Shown: positions 20,381 to 30,065 of the stretch, one piece after another
Position numbering within the stretch: position 1 is the first letter of the stretch
Layout of the letters: every line of letters begins with the position of its first letter
Source of the DNA: Actinomycetes bacterium
GTDB lineage: Bacteria > Actinomycetota > Acidimicrobiia > Acidimicrobiales > RAAP-2
NCBI GenBank assembly: GCA_037142475.1
Contig: JBAXAR010000001.1
Location: 4,059 to 68,058 of the forward strand
Direction: 5' to 3'
Length of the DNA stretch: 64,000 nucleotides
Made by a program: the position numbers and the translations under genes
Notes under the pieces: model-generated
What the model saw: only the letters and a program-made list of their open reading frames with translations
Database searches by the model: none
Told to the model about the DNA's origin: nothing

Positions 20381-21270
20381 CAGGGCTCCTCACTGCCGGT
20401 ATCGCCACCGGCCTTGTCGATCACGAGGTCGAGGCCGAGGTCGAGGACCGGGGCCGAATGAGTGAGCGCGCCCACACTGATCAGATCGACCCCACACGCG
20501 GCATACAGCGGTGCTGTCGCCAGCGAGATGTTGCCAGAGACCTCCACCAAAATCCCTGGGTGGATCGATCGCGCCAACGCTGCGGCGACCGCCGCCTCAT
20601 CGGGAGTCATGTTGTCGAGGAGCACCGAGGTCGCTCGGGCTTCGGCGGCCTCAGCCACCTGCTCGAGCGTGTCGCACTCGACTTCGACGTTGCGTCCCGG
20701 CCACATCACCTTGGCTCTCGCCACCCCAATGCTGATCCCGATCGCTCCGAGATGGTTGTCCTTGAGCAGGACCGCGTCAGAGAGGCTCGCCCGATGGTTG
20801 GTCCCGCCGCCCGCTCGTACCGCTGCCTTCTCGAGAGCCCTGAGCCCTGGCGTGGTCTTGCGCGTGTCGAGCACTCGGGTGGTGGGCGAAACAGCGGAGA
20901 CTGCGTCAACGAGCAACCGGGTCTGGGTGGCCACGCCGGAGAGATGACCGAGGAAATTCAGGGCTGTCCGCTCGGCCGAGAGGATCGAGACCATTGATCC
21001 CCGCACCGTGGCCACGACATCACCCGGTCCCACTGCTGTTCCGTCGGGGGCTGCCACCTCCACCACAATCGTGGAGTCGACCTGGGCGAATGCTTCCCGC
21101 ACACAGGCTTGGCCAGCGATGACGCCGACCTGTCGCGACGCGATCACCAGCACCCCTGTGGCGTCAGCATCGAGCAGGGAGGCGGTGAGATCGCCAAGTG
21201 GCTCAAGATCCTCCGCCAGTGCACGCCGAACGGCGTCAACCACGACGGTTCGAGGGGCCTCACGACTCAT
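20380..21270 (-). CDS. nadC: nicotinate-nucleotide diphosphorylase (carboxylating)
   Basis: QPRTase family: TRKTTPGLR..EKAAVRAGGG.NHR..LSDAVLLKDNH. Confidence 0.9.
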   Translation of the reverse strand: MSREAPRTVVVDAVRRALAEDLEPLGDLTASLLDADATGVLVIASRQVGVIAGQACVREAFAQVDSTIVVEVAAPDGTAVGPGDVVATVRGSMVSILSAERTALNFLGHLSGVATQTRLLVDAVSAVSPTTRVLDTRKTTPGLRALEKAAVRAGGGTNHRASLSDAVLLKDNHLGAIGISIGVARAKVMWPGRNVEVECDTLEQVAEAAEARATSVLLDNMTPDEAAVAAALARSIHPGILVEVSGNISLATAPLYAACGVDLISVGALTHSAPVLDLGLDLVIDKAGGDTGSEEP

Positions 21271-22880
21271 CAGTGCACCGACCCGCTGATGAGGCGCCGT
21301 TCCCAGGCCAACAAGCGCTCCGGGAACTCAGAGCGGATATGACAGCCTCGGCTCTCCTGGCGAAGCAGGGCAGCTGCGAGGAGGGCATCGGCGGTGATCA
21401 CGAGATTCGCCAACTCGGCGTCGGCCGGTGTCATGGGCGTCACGGGCTGTCGTGACGCGACGCTGGCGACGACCGCTCGGGCTTCGTCGAGTCCCTCTGC
21501 TGAGCGAACGACCCCGGCACCACTGGTCATCGCCATTTGGAGCGCGGCAAGTTGGCCTGCAGGCTCCGTTGGCATGGTGAGATCCTCGCGCACTGCGCGG
21601 TCACCCGACGTACCGATGATCTCAGCCGGAATCCCACCCGACTCGGGATCAAGAAGACTGCGGAGGACCCCTGTGGCGACGGGGCCGCGCTGGCCACCTT
21701 CGATTGCCTCGGCGATCCGAGCACCGAAGACCATCCCCTCGAGCAACGAGTTTGACGCCAACCGGTTCGCCCCATGGACGCCGACGTCGGCGACTTCGCC
21801 GGCGGCCCAGAGGCCATCGAGCATGGTCGATCCTGAGGTATCGGTCATGATCCCCCCGGCAAGGTGATGTGCTGCAGGGGCAATCGGCAGCCAGTCAGTC
21901 TTTGGGTCGAGTCCCACCGATTCGAGTTCCGCCGCAATGGTCGGGAAACGCTCGCCGAAGTGATCGAGGCCCGTGGCATCGAGCCAAAGGTGCTCCGAAC
22001 TCTGCTCGGTCATCTTCGAGGCCATCGCCCGCGACACGATGTCACGAGAGGCCAACTCGTCGACGAAGCGCTCTCCTTCCGCGTCGCGAAGGAGCGCTCC
22101 GTGGCCTCGAAGGGCTTCAGAGAGCAGTGGCCTCGGCATCGCTGCATGGTGCAGTGCCGTGGGATGAAACTGCATGAATTCGAGATCCGCCACCGGGACG
22201 CCGGCGCGCAACGCCATGGCTAACCCATCTGCAGTTGCCTCTCTTGGATTCGTGGTCACGTGGAAGAGTCGACCGGCTCCCCCGGTGGCTATGACGACGT
22301 GGCGTGCCCGCAGAACGACCCGATCACCGTTCGAACCGATGGCAACGATGCCCTCCACGCCATCGTCGCCGATGAGCAGGTCAGTGGCGAAACAGCGCTC
22401 CGCCACCAGAGTCGCCGACTCCCACGTCGCGGCCACCAGCGCTCGCTCGACCTCGGCCCCTGTGGCCGCGCCGCCAGCATGAAGGATCCGTGGTCGCGAA
22501 TGGCCGCCCTCGCGCGCCAGCGAAAGGCGCCCAGAGGCCTCCCGATCGAAGACCGCCCCAAGCCTGATCAATTCCTCAACCCGGCTTGGTCCCTCGTCGA
22601 CGAGGATCCGGACCGCGTCAACATCACACAACCCCGCTCCTGCTGCCAGCGTGTCGGCCAAGTGAAGATCCGTTGAGTCCTCGTCAGCGCCAAGGACCGC
22701 AGCTACTCCGCCCTGTGCCCACCGTGTTGCTGATGCCTCGAGATCGGCCTTCGTGACGACCCCGACCGCCAGGCCCGCATCAGTGAGCCGGACTGCCACC
22801 GAGAGGCCGGCGACACCGCTTCCCACAACGATCACGTCGAGGACCGCCTCTTCGAGGCCGAGTACGTCTACTGCCGCCAT
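21270..22880 (-). CDS. nadB: L-aspartate oxidase
   Basis: FAD motif VIVVGSGVAGLSVA with a succinate-DH/fumarate-reductase flavoprotein fold of NadB length. Confidence 0.9.
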   Translation of the reverse strand: MAAVDVLGLEEAVLDVIVVGSGVAGLSVAVRLTDAGLAVGVVTKADLEASATRWAQGGVAAVLGADEDSTDLHLADTLAAGAGLCDVDAVRILVDEGPSRVEELIRLGAVFDREASGRLSLAREGGHSRPRILHAGGAATGAEVERALVAATWESATLVAERCFATDLLIGDDGVEGIVAIGSNGDRVVLRARHVVIATGGAGRLFHVTTNPREATADGLAMALRAGVPVADLEFMQFHPTALHHAAMPRPLLSEALRGHGALLRDAEGERFVDELASRDIVSRAMASKMTEQSSEHLWLDATGLDHFGERFPTIAAELESVGLDPKTDWLPIAPAAHHLAGGIMTDTSGSTMLDGLWAAGEVADVGVHGANRLASNSLLEGMVFGARIAEAIEGGQRGPVATGVLRSLLDPESGGIPAEIIGTSGDRAVREDLTMPTEPAGQLAALQMAMTSGAGVVRSAEGLDEARAVVASVASRQPVTPMTPADAELANLVITADALLAAALLRQESRGCHIRSEFPERLLAWERRLISGSVH

Positions 22881-23761
22881 CAGTCAGGGGAGCCTTCGGT
22901 CGCCGGAATCTCCGCACCAAGGTTGTCAATGAGGCGGACGCCTCCGATCTCGGCGGCGACGAGAAGTCGGAGCGACGCACCCGGGACACGTTGCTTGGTT
23001 CGCTGAAGACTGATTGGATCCACCACCTCAGCGTAGGAGACCGTCGCCATGGGCTCTGAGGCGAGGCGTTCCTCCATTACCGCTGCTGACGCGGCAGGTT
23101 CGGATCCTGCTTGGATCGCCTCGGCACCGGCCACAAGCGCGGCGTGGAGGGCTCCGGCAGCCCGGCGGCCCTCGGGGGTGAGGCGACGATTTCGACTTGA
23201 GAGTGCCAAACCATCGGCGTCGCGCAGTGTCGGGCAGGCAACAACCTCGATCGGCAGCCCGAGATCACGAACCACTTGGCGAACGACAGCCACCTGTTGG
23301 AAGTCCTTCTCCCCGAAGAAGGCTTTGGCCGGTCCGGTGAGACTGAAGAGCAGCGTGACCACTGTCGCCACCCCATCAAAATGACCGGGTCGCCCGGCTC
23401 CCTCAAGACCCTCAGCTGCACCGGACACGGTCACTGACGTGGGGACCGGTGCAGGAAATCCGGGATAGATCTCTTCAATGCTCGGCGTGAACACAAGGTC
23501 ACAGCCCGCGGCTTCAAGCATCGAGAGGTCACTCTCGAGTGTTCGCGGATAGTTCACCAGGTCCGATGCGTCACCGAACTGGAGCGGATTCACGAAGATG
23601 GTGGCTGCCACTCGATCACAGGCGGCGGCGGCTGCGGTCACCAGCGAGACATGTCCCTCGTGCAGGGCTCCCATGGTGGGGACGAGGCCAAGCACTCGTT
23701 CATCACGGCGAGCGTCGTCGCAGGCCGCACGCCAGGCGCGGCGAGAATCGATGACCTCCAC
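22880..23761 (-). CDS. panC: pantoate--beta-alanine ligase
   Basis: LVPTMGALHEGHVSLV (HIGH-like) and the PanC fold. Confidence 0.9.
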   Translation of the reverse strand: MEVIDSRRAWRAACDDARRDERVLGLVPTMGALHEGHVSLVTAAAAACDRVAATIFVNPLQFGDASDLVNYPRTLESDLSMLEAAGCDLVFTPSIEEIYPGFPAPVPTSVTVSGAAEGLEGAGRPGHFDGVATVVTLLFSLTGPAKAFFGEKDFQQVAVVRQVVRDLGLPIEVVACPTLRDADGLALSSRNRRLTPEGRRAAGALHAALVAGAEAIQAGSEPAASAAVMEERLASEPMATVSYAEVVDPISLQRTKQRVPGASLRLLVAAEIGGVRLIDNLGAEIPATEGSPD

Positions 23762-23764
23762 GTC

Positions 23765-24556
23765 TCAGCCCACGAGGGCTGCGACCGATGGCGTCCGCAC
23801 CTCGGGAACGTCATCGGCTGGTTCCTCGGCGACAAGATCAGGCTCCGAGACAGCGATGAGTTCGAGCGCCAGGCCAACACCAGCTCGGTAGCCGGCGTGC
23901 TCTGAAGGATCGAGGGCTCCCAGGTGACGCTCAAGGGTCGCCCAGTCGCCACGAGCAGCCGGCCCCGTCAGGGCACTTCGAGGACCAAGCCGTGCCACAT
24001 CGTCGACTGCAGCCCTCGTGAGATCCAAGAAGGCATCCAACGAAAGTCCCGCTGCCTCAGCCACGCGCTCGACCTGACCGAGGAGCGCCACGACGTGGTT
24101 CGCCGCGATGCAGGCCGCTGCGTGATACGTCCCGCGATTCTCATCGGCCACCTTGACGATGCGACCACCAAGTGAGGCCGCCAGCTCGTTCACGAGGGGA
24201 TCGCCCGCAACAGCGAACGTGATCCCTGACACGAGGCGCTCAGCACCGAGCTCCACTGTGGGGAGCGGAACCAGAGGATGCAACGCGCCGCGCCGCTCGT
24301 GGGTCGAGAGAACTTCCAGGCCCAAGGAGCCAGAGAGATGAAGAACAACGCAGTCAGGCGCTGGTGAGATCTGGCCAGCGACTCGAGCGATGGCGTCATC
24401 GCTGGTGGCCACGATGACAGCGTCAACGTCGATGCCGGCTGTGCTCAAGTCGTAGCCCCGGCCGAAGGGCCCGAGGACCTCGTGACCGACTGATCTCAGG
24501 GCGCGAGCCATCGACGATCCTGCTCGACCTGCTCCGATGATTCGGATTCGTGCCAT
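23765..24556 (-). CDS. Rossmann-fold plus DUF2520 protein (ProC/ketopantoate-reductase-like)
   Basis: MARIRIIGAGRAGSSMA dinucleotide-binding motif. ATG 24556 follows a GGAGG SD. It holds the same position between folK and panC as the mycobacterial homologue. Confidence 0.7.
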   Translation of the reverse strand: MARIRIIGAGRAGSSMARALRSVGHEVLGPFGRGYDLSTAGIDVDAVIVATSDDAIARVAGQISPAPDCVVLHLSGSLGLEVLSTHERRGALHPLVPLPTVELGAERLVSGITFAVAGDPLVNELAASLGGRIVKVADENRGTYHAAACIAANHVVALLGQVERVAEAAGLSLDAFLDLTRAAVDDVARLGPRSALTGPAARGDWATLERHLGALDPSEHAGYRAGVGLALELIAVSEPDLVAEEPADDVPEVRTPSVAALVG

Positions 24557-24603
24557 CTTGCCTCCGACGTTCCAGCCCCATCTCTGGGTGCCGGTCGCTT
24601 CGA

Positions 24604-25083
24604 CTAGGAACCTTGCTCTTGAAGCGTACCCACACAGACAACCTCGCCGCCAGCCGCCCTCTCCTGCTCGATGCTGACGAGGTCGGGTGCCAGCTCTCTG
24701 AGTGGAGCGAGAACGAACCGCCGTTCCCACATCCGCGGGTGAGGAACCGTCAAATCAGCGCTCGATCGGACCTGCCCCTCGACCCAGAGAACGTCAGCGT
24801 CAAGGGTCCGCGGGCCAAAGCGAACCTCCCGCACGCGGTGTGCTGCAACCTCAAGCGCTTGGCACCGCTCAAGCAATCTCTCTGGGCTATCCGAGGTAGC
24901 CAGCTCAACCACAAGGTTCAAGAACAGTCCCTGAGGCGGGCCGCCAACTGGCTCGGTCTCATAGAGGCAGGAAACAGCGATGAGGTCGCCCACCGTCTCG
25001 AGCGCTTCGACTGCGTCACGAAGATGCGCCACTCGATCGCCGAGATTCGTACCAAGGCCGAGAAACGCCCGGAGCACCGCCAC
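24604..25083 (-). CDS. folK: 2-amino-4-hydroxy-6-hydroxymethyldihydropteridine diphosphokinase
   Basis: AFLGLGTNLGDR...YETEPVG...GPRTLDADVL...LTVPHPRMWERRFVL. Start tentatively at GTG 25083. Confidence 0.85.
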   Translation of the reverse strand: MAVLRAFLGLGTNLGDRVAHLRDAVEALETVGDLIAVSCLYETEPVGGPPQGLFLNLVVELATSDSPERLLERCQALEVAAHRVREVRFGPRTLDADVLWVEGQVRSSADLTVPHPRMWERRFVLAPLRELAPDLVSIEQERAAGGEVVCVGTLQEQGS

Positions 25084-25094
25084 AGGTCGGTCGC

Positions 25095-25460
25095 TCAGCG
25101 CTCGACGTGCCGGACGATGCCGACCGTGGCAATGTCGAGACCGATCGGCGGCCGAGTCTTGGTGACCGACACTCGACACGCTGAAATTCGGCCGTCAAGG
25201 GCAAGTGTTGCTCGCCCAATCTCGTCGCCAAGCGCCTCAAGGAGCTTGTGATGATGACTCTCAGCGATCTCGACTGCGACATGGACCACCGCTGCGTAGT
25301 TCACGGTGTCTGCGAGGTCATCTGAGGCGCCAGCTGCTCCAAGATCAACCGCAACGTCAAGGTCGAGCACAAGAGGCTGAGGGCGGTCGTGCTCCTCAGG
25401 CAGGACTCCCACCGACGCGACGATTCTCAGCCCACGCAGCTCAATCAGGTCAGGACCCAC
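25095..25460 (-). CDS. folB: dihydroneopterin aldolase
   Basis: IELRGLRIVASVGVLPEEH.RPQPLVLDLDV...TVNYAAV. Start tentative at GTG 25460. Confidence 0.8.
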   Translation of the reverse strand: MGPDLIELRGLRIVASVGVLPEEHDRPQPLVLDLDVAVDLGAAGASDDLADTVNYAAVVHVAVEIAESHHHKLLEALGDEIGRATLALDGRISACRVSVTKTRPPIGLDIATVGIVRHVER

Positions 25461-25467
25461 CGCCAGC

Positions 25468-25977
25468 TCAGCTCGGTCGGGGGAGCTCAGCTGCGGTGGC
25501 GATGATGCCGCGACCAGCCGGCCCAAGCTGTCGGCCGAACAGTCGCTCGATCACCGACGTCGCGAGTGGAGCCCCCTCGAGACGTCCGGACCAGACCAGG
25601 TAGCCCGCCACGATGCCGATCGTTCGATCACCCAGCTCATCGCCGTGAACCAGTACCTTCTCGCCTCGGCGCTGGCGAGTCACCATCTCGGCATACAGAG
25701 CCGTCAGCGAGGGAGTCAGATCACCGATGGTCGGAATCGGGTGGTGGCTCGAGGCCAACCCCAGTTCGGCATAGGCCGCCAGGTTCTGTGGCGCCTCAAG
25801 AATCGAGATCACGACGTTGAAATCGTTCTCACGAAGCCAGATGATCTCTTCTTGGCGCCTGACCTTTCGATGCGTCGCCGACTGCCCACCGGGTCGCTCC
25901 GCCGCAGCGAGCACCTCGGGGAGCACCCAGGTCAGATTCCTCGGTGGGATTCCTGACGCCCATTTTGATTTCATCAC
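25468..25977 (-). CDS. dual-specificity-phosphatase-fold protein lacking the catalytic Cys (VHGDELGDRT in place of VHCxxGxxR[ST])
   Basis: 169 aa whose start overlaps the folP stop (GTGATGA). DSP-like layout: NDFNVVISILE, HHPIPTIGDLTP, KVLVHGDELGDRTIGIVAGYL. Confidence 0.6.
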   Translation of the reverse strand: MMKSKWASGIPPRNLTWVLPEVLAAAERPGGQSATHRKVRRQEEIIWLRENDFNVVISILEAPQNLAAYAELGLASSHHPIPTIGDLTPSLTALYAEMVTRQRRGEKVLVHGDELGDRTIGIVAGYLVWSGRLEGAPLATSVIERLFGRQLGPAGRGIIATAAELPRPS

Positions 25978-26771
25978 GCCACCATCTCTTCGGCCATGAG
26001 CCGAGTTGCCTGCACCGTCGCGTCCACATCATGGACCCTCACCATTTGAGCTCCGCCCTTAATCGCTGCGATCGCTGTCGCCAGAGACCCTCCGAGGCGG
26101 TCATCAACCTCGAGCACCCCAGCGGGACCATCGCCGAGGAACCGCTTCCTGCTCGTTCCCACCAACACCTGTGCCCCATGACGCTCGGCAAGCGACGCCA
26201 GCACGTCCGTGTGGCGAAGGAGGGACCAGTTGTGGGCCGCGGCCTTCCCGAATCCAATACCCGAATCGAGCCAGATCTCTCCAACCCCGGCCTTCGATGC
26301 GGCAGTCGCTGCATCGTCGAGCCACTTCGCTACTTCGGCCACCACATCGTCGTAGCGCGGATCGTCCTGCATGGTCGACGGGGTGCCTTGAGCGTGCATC
26401 GCCACCCAACCGATGCCGAGCTCCGCAGCGACAACGGCCAGGGTCCCGCTGACATCGTTGATCAAGGTCGATCCTGCAGCGGCAGCGGCTCGGGCCACTG
26501 CTGGCTTGACAGTGTCCACACTGACTCGGCCGGCGCGACTGAGCGCCTCGATCACGGGGATCACCCTGGCGAGCTCGTCAGCCTCTGCCACGGGGGTTGC
26601 ACCAGGTCGACTCGACTCGCCGCCAACATCAACAATGGCTGCCCCTTCAGCAAAGAGGCGGAGGCCGCGTTCGATCGAGGCGTCGATCTCGGCAGTGCGT
26701 GAGCCAGGGAAAAACGAGTCCGCGGTGACGTTCACGACGCCCATCACGAGCGGTATCTGACGGCCATCCAT
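25974..26771 (-). CDS. folP: dihydropteroate synthase
   Basis: VMGVVNVTADSFFPGS...IVDVGGESSRPGA...SVDT. Start placed at ATG 26771. Confidence 0.9.
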   Translation of the reverse strand: MDGRQIPLVMGVVNVTADSFFPGSRTAEIDASIERGLRLFAEGAAIVDVGGESSRPGATPVAEADELARVIPVIEALSRAGRVSVDTVKPAVARAAAAAGSTLINDVSGTLAVVAAELGIGWVAMHAQGTPSTMQDDPRYDDVVAEVAKWLDDAATAASKAGVGEIWLDSGIGFGKAAAHNWSLLRHTDVLASLAERHGAQVLVGTSRKRFLGDGPAGVLEVDDRLGGSLATAIAAIKGGAQMVRVHDVDATVQATRLMAEEMVA

Positions 26772-26808
26772 GGGGCTCACGCTACCCAAGCGGGAGCCCA
26801 CCGATGAC

Positions 26809-27378
26809 TCAACGCCCTTGGATGAACTGCATTGCCTCGTTCCGCGTGATTGCATCGTGGCGGAAAATCCCCCGCACAGCAGACGTCACCGTGACAGAGC
26901 CAGGCTTCTTGACCCCTCGCATTGACATGCAGAGATGCTCAGCCTCAATCACCACAAGAGCGCCCTTCGGCTTGAGGATCTCGTCAATGGCATCGGCAAC
27001 CTGACGCGTCATGCGCTCTTGAACCTGGAGACGTCGGGCGTAGCCGTCGACGAGGCGCGCCAACTTTGAAAGCCCAGTGATTTGTCCATGCTCGCCGGGA
27101 ATATAGGCCACATGCGCCTTGCCCATGAAGGGCACCATGTGGTGCTCACACAGCGACGTGAAGGGGATGTCACGGACCATGACCATCTCGTCATGCTCTT
27201 CTTCAAAGGTGACCTTGAGGTGGTCACGCGGATCTGCCTCGAGGCCCTCGAAGAGCTCGTTGTACATGGCAGCAACGCGCCGAGGGGTGTCGAGAAGCCC
27301 GTCGCGTGAGGGATCTTCGCCGATCGCCTCAAGGATCTCTCGAACACAGCGCTCAATCCGTTCGGTGTCAACGCTCAT
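26809..27378 (-). CDS. folE: GTP cyclohydrolase I
   Basis: [18 protein letters not shown]...[17 protein letters not shown]. Confidence 0.95.
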   Translation of the reverse strand: MSVDTERIERCVREILEAIGEDPSRDGLLDTPRRVAAMYNELFEGLEADPRDHLKVTFEEEHDEMVMVRDIPFTSLCEHHMVPFMGKAHVAYIPGEHGQITGLSKLARLVDGYARRLQVQERMTRQVADAIDEILKPKGALVVIEAEHLCMSMRGVKKPGSVTVTSAVRGIFRHDAITRNEAMQFIQGR

Positions 27379-27450
27379 CTGGTCTCACTTTCGGCGCCCC
27401 TGACGACGCTCGATTGGCTGGTTTTCGTATGGCAGGAACGATCTGGGCGA

Positions 27451-28974
27451 TTAACCCGTTTCATCCCCCACGTAGGTATAAACGTCTTGAAGATTCCTGA
27501 AGCGCTCGGCGACGTCGAGGCCGTAGCCCACGACGAACGTCGGCGGGATGGTAAAGCCGGTGTAGCGCAGAACTTGCTCGACGCGCTGCTCACCTTCTTT
27601 GATCAACAAAGCACAGACCTCAATCGACGCCGGCTTCCGGGCTCCAAGGTATTTGCGCAAGTAGTTCAGCGTCAGACCGGAATCCACGATGTCCTCGACG
27701 ACCAGGACATGACGATCGGTCAAATCTGCATCAAGGTCTTTCACGATGCGGACAACGCCAGAGGTCTTCGTCGCTGATCCATACGACGAAACAGCCATGA
27801 AGTCGATTTCGACCGGGAGTTCAATGGCCCTCGACAGGTCGCTGATGAAGTGCATCGCCCCCTTCAAGACGCACACCAGCAGAGGTGGGTTCTCGGCGTA
27901 GTCAGCCGTGATTTCCGCTCCGAGCTCTGCCACACGAGCGCGAATCGCATCACCCGAGATCAAGATGTCTCCGAGGTCCTTCTCGGCCCATGCCGGTGCG
28001 ACGCGATCGATGGCCTTTGGCTCCACCCGGCGAAGCGTACCTGTCGCGGGTTGCTCCACTCGCAGCCGTCCCTTCGTCCGAAGCAGTCGCAGCCCTCCGG
28101 CGAGCTCAGTGGATCGCGCTCGGCCCTCAACCACAGCCATTGTTCGATCAAGCTCTGCCGTCGTTGGTGGATGAGCGGAGACCTCGGTCGAACGCGCCTC
28201 GGTGAGCCATGCCCTCAGGGAGCGAAGGGCGAGCGGTGTGGGCGCAGCACGAAGGTCCGAAACCTCCTGGGGGTCGGTGATGACGAGAGCGGCAAGGTCA
28301 TCGAGCAGTTCGCTCTCGGAGCGAGCATGTCGAGCCAAGCGCGCCAGAAGTGGGACCGGATCGCGGTGCGACATCTCCCCGAGAAGTGGCAGGAGGCGGG
28401 CTCGGACATCATTGCGGAGGATCTCGGTATCGGCATTGGACTCATCGTGGACTGGTCCAAGATCGAGCTGCTCGCACACGGCGTGGGTCTCGCTTCGCCG
28501 GAGGCCGAGGATCGGATGTCTCGGCCCGGGTTCCATCGCCCCGAGGCCGCTGATCCCTGTCCCGCGGAGCAGGTTGATCAGCACCGTCTCCGCCTGATCG
28601 TCCATGGTGTGGCCCGTGGCCACCCCCGCTGGCAGTACCGCTCGTCGCGCACGGCGCGCCGTCTCTTCGAGGTTCGAGGCCGAACCGACCTCCACCCGAT
28701 ACGCCATCACATCGGCGCCAAGTCGCTTCGCAAGACCCTCGACCACTGCGATGTCTCCGCCACTGCCTGGGCGGATCCCATGGTCAACGTGGTGCAGGAC
28801 GACTGGTCGGCCCGTGGAAGCCGCCAGAACTGCCAGAGCAGTGGAGTCAGGCCCCCCCGAACAGGCAACGGCGATTGTGCTGGTCCCAGAGCCGAAAGTG
28901 CATCGGCTGAGAAGGTCTTCGATGAGCACCGAGGTATCCGGAGAACCGGCGGTGCCCGGGAGTTCTCCCGTCAT
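27451..28974 (-). CDS. tilS: bifunctional tRNA(Ile)-lysidine synthase / hypoxanthine-guanine phosphoribosyltransferase fusion
   Basis: The N-terminal half has the PP-loop VACSGGPDSTAL. The C-terminal ~180 aa is HPRT (VLVVEDIVDSGLTL, GYGLD). ATG 28974 overlaps the upstream stop (ATGA). Confidence 0.85.
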   Translation of the reverse strand: MTGELPGTAGSPDTSVLIEDLLSRCTFGSGTSTIAVACSGGPDSTALAVLAASTGRPVVLHHVDHGIRPGSGGDIAVVEGLAKRLGADVMAYRVEVGSASNLEETARRARRAVLPAGVATGHTMDDQAETVLINLLRGTGISGLGAMEPGPRHPILGLRRSETHAVCEQLDLGPVHDESNADTEILRNDVRARLLPLLGEMSHRDPVPLLARLARHARSESELLDDLAALVITDPQEVSDLRAAPTPLALRSLRAWLTEARSTEVSAHPPTTAELDRTMAVVEGRARSTELAGGLRLLRTKGRLRVEQPATGTLRRVEPKAIDRVAPAWAEKDLGDILISGDAIRARVAELGAEITADYAENPPLLVCVLKGAMHFISDLSRAIELPVEIDFMAVSSYGSATKTSGVVRIVKDLDADLTDRHVLVVEDIVDSGLTLNYLRKYLGARKPASIEVCALLIKEGEQRVEQVLRYTGFTIPPTFVVGYGLDVAERFRNLQDVYTYVGDETG

Positions 28975-30065
28975 CGCGTCGAACTCGACGAGCGCTCTAA
29001 CCACATTTCGGGATCAAGAAGTTCAGCCAGCGACGGCATCTGATCTGGGCCGTCGAACAGCTGGCGGACGAGCTCAGGACCGCCTGCTTGGCGGAGACGT
29101 CGAACGAATCGCTCTCCATCGTCGTACTGCCGGAGCTTGGCCTCAAGTCCGAGAATCTGATTGAGCACTCTGGCCGGGGCGCCGGGCGAAGAGCGTCTCG
29201 TCCGAAGGACATCGTGGAAGCGACCGTGGTCCGGAACGAGATCCTGTGCCGCAACATCCATGATCACCTCGCCATGGCCCTCGAGAACGCTCATCAGCGC
29301 GGTGAGCCGACGCAGCGCTTTGAGCTGGGCGTCGGTGGCGAGGAGACCGGCCATTCCCATTTCCTCCATTGGATTGCGGCCCTGAGCGATGGCGCGCACG
29401 GATCGCAGCACTCCAACCAGAAGGTCTGAGCCGCTGGTGGCGAGTGCGCCGACGATTTCCTCGACCAAACTCAAAAAATACGGCCGGACCCAGTCAGCGC
29501 CGGTGAACTGCGCCCGGTGGCTCGTCTCATGGAGCGCCAACCACAGGCGGAACTGGCCTGGATCGAAGCCATGGCGCTGCTCGAGCGCGACGATGTTTGG
29601 ACCGACATAGCTAATGACGTCCTCGTTCGCACTGGCCTCTTCGCCGACCAAAATGTCGTACTGGCCGAGTACTCGAGTCGACATCCACGCAAGGACAGCG
29701 GCGAGCTGAGCCGCCGAGGATCGTGCACTCGCCCGTTCCAAGATCGCTGGTGGCCTGCGCCTCCGGCGCTCGGCCACCCGGGCCATGGGCGGACCGATAA
29801 GGCGTTCGACGCTCAGAACGTTGAGCGACACCCAGTCGGCACGGTCGACCACCCGAGCAGATGGTCGGTTCGGCGGCTGAAGCCGTGACTCCGCCGCCAC
29901 GCGTTCCTGCGCGAGAACAGTGAGCTCATCGAGCTGGCGTTCGAGGCCGCCGGGCCGATACGAGGCCGGCAGCCGATGGCGCCGCGCCATCACCCCGCCG
30001 AGGTGGGTCGCCAGTTCGACATCGAGGAAGGCTGGAGGATTCCGGTGGACTGACGCCTCAGCCAT
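28971..30065 (-). CDS. zinc-dependent metalloprotease, DUF2342/TIGR03624-like (HExxH)
   Basis: LALHETSHRAQF HExxH motif. It sits upstream of tilS as in mycobacteria. ATG 30065 overlaps the rsrA stop by 8 nt. Confidence 0.65.
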   Translation of the reverse strand: MAEASVHRNPPAFLDVELATHLGGVMARRHRLPASYRPGGLERQLDELTVLAQERVAAESRLQPPNRPSARVVDRADWVSLNVLSVERLIGPPMARVAERRRRRPPAILERASARSSAAQLAAVLAWMSTRVLGQYDILVGEEASANEDVISYVGPNIVALEQRHGFDPGQFRLWLALHETSHRAQFTGADWVRPYFLSLVEEIVGALATSGSDLLVGVLRSVRAIAQGRNPMEEMGMAGLLATDAQLKALRRLTALMSVLEGHGEVIMDVAAQDLVPDHGRFHDVLRTRRSSPGAPARVLNQILGLEAKLRQYDDGERFVRRLRQAGGPELVRQLFDGPDQMPSLAELLDPEMWLERSSSSTR

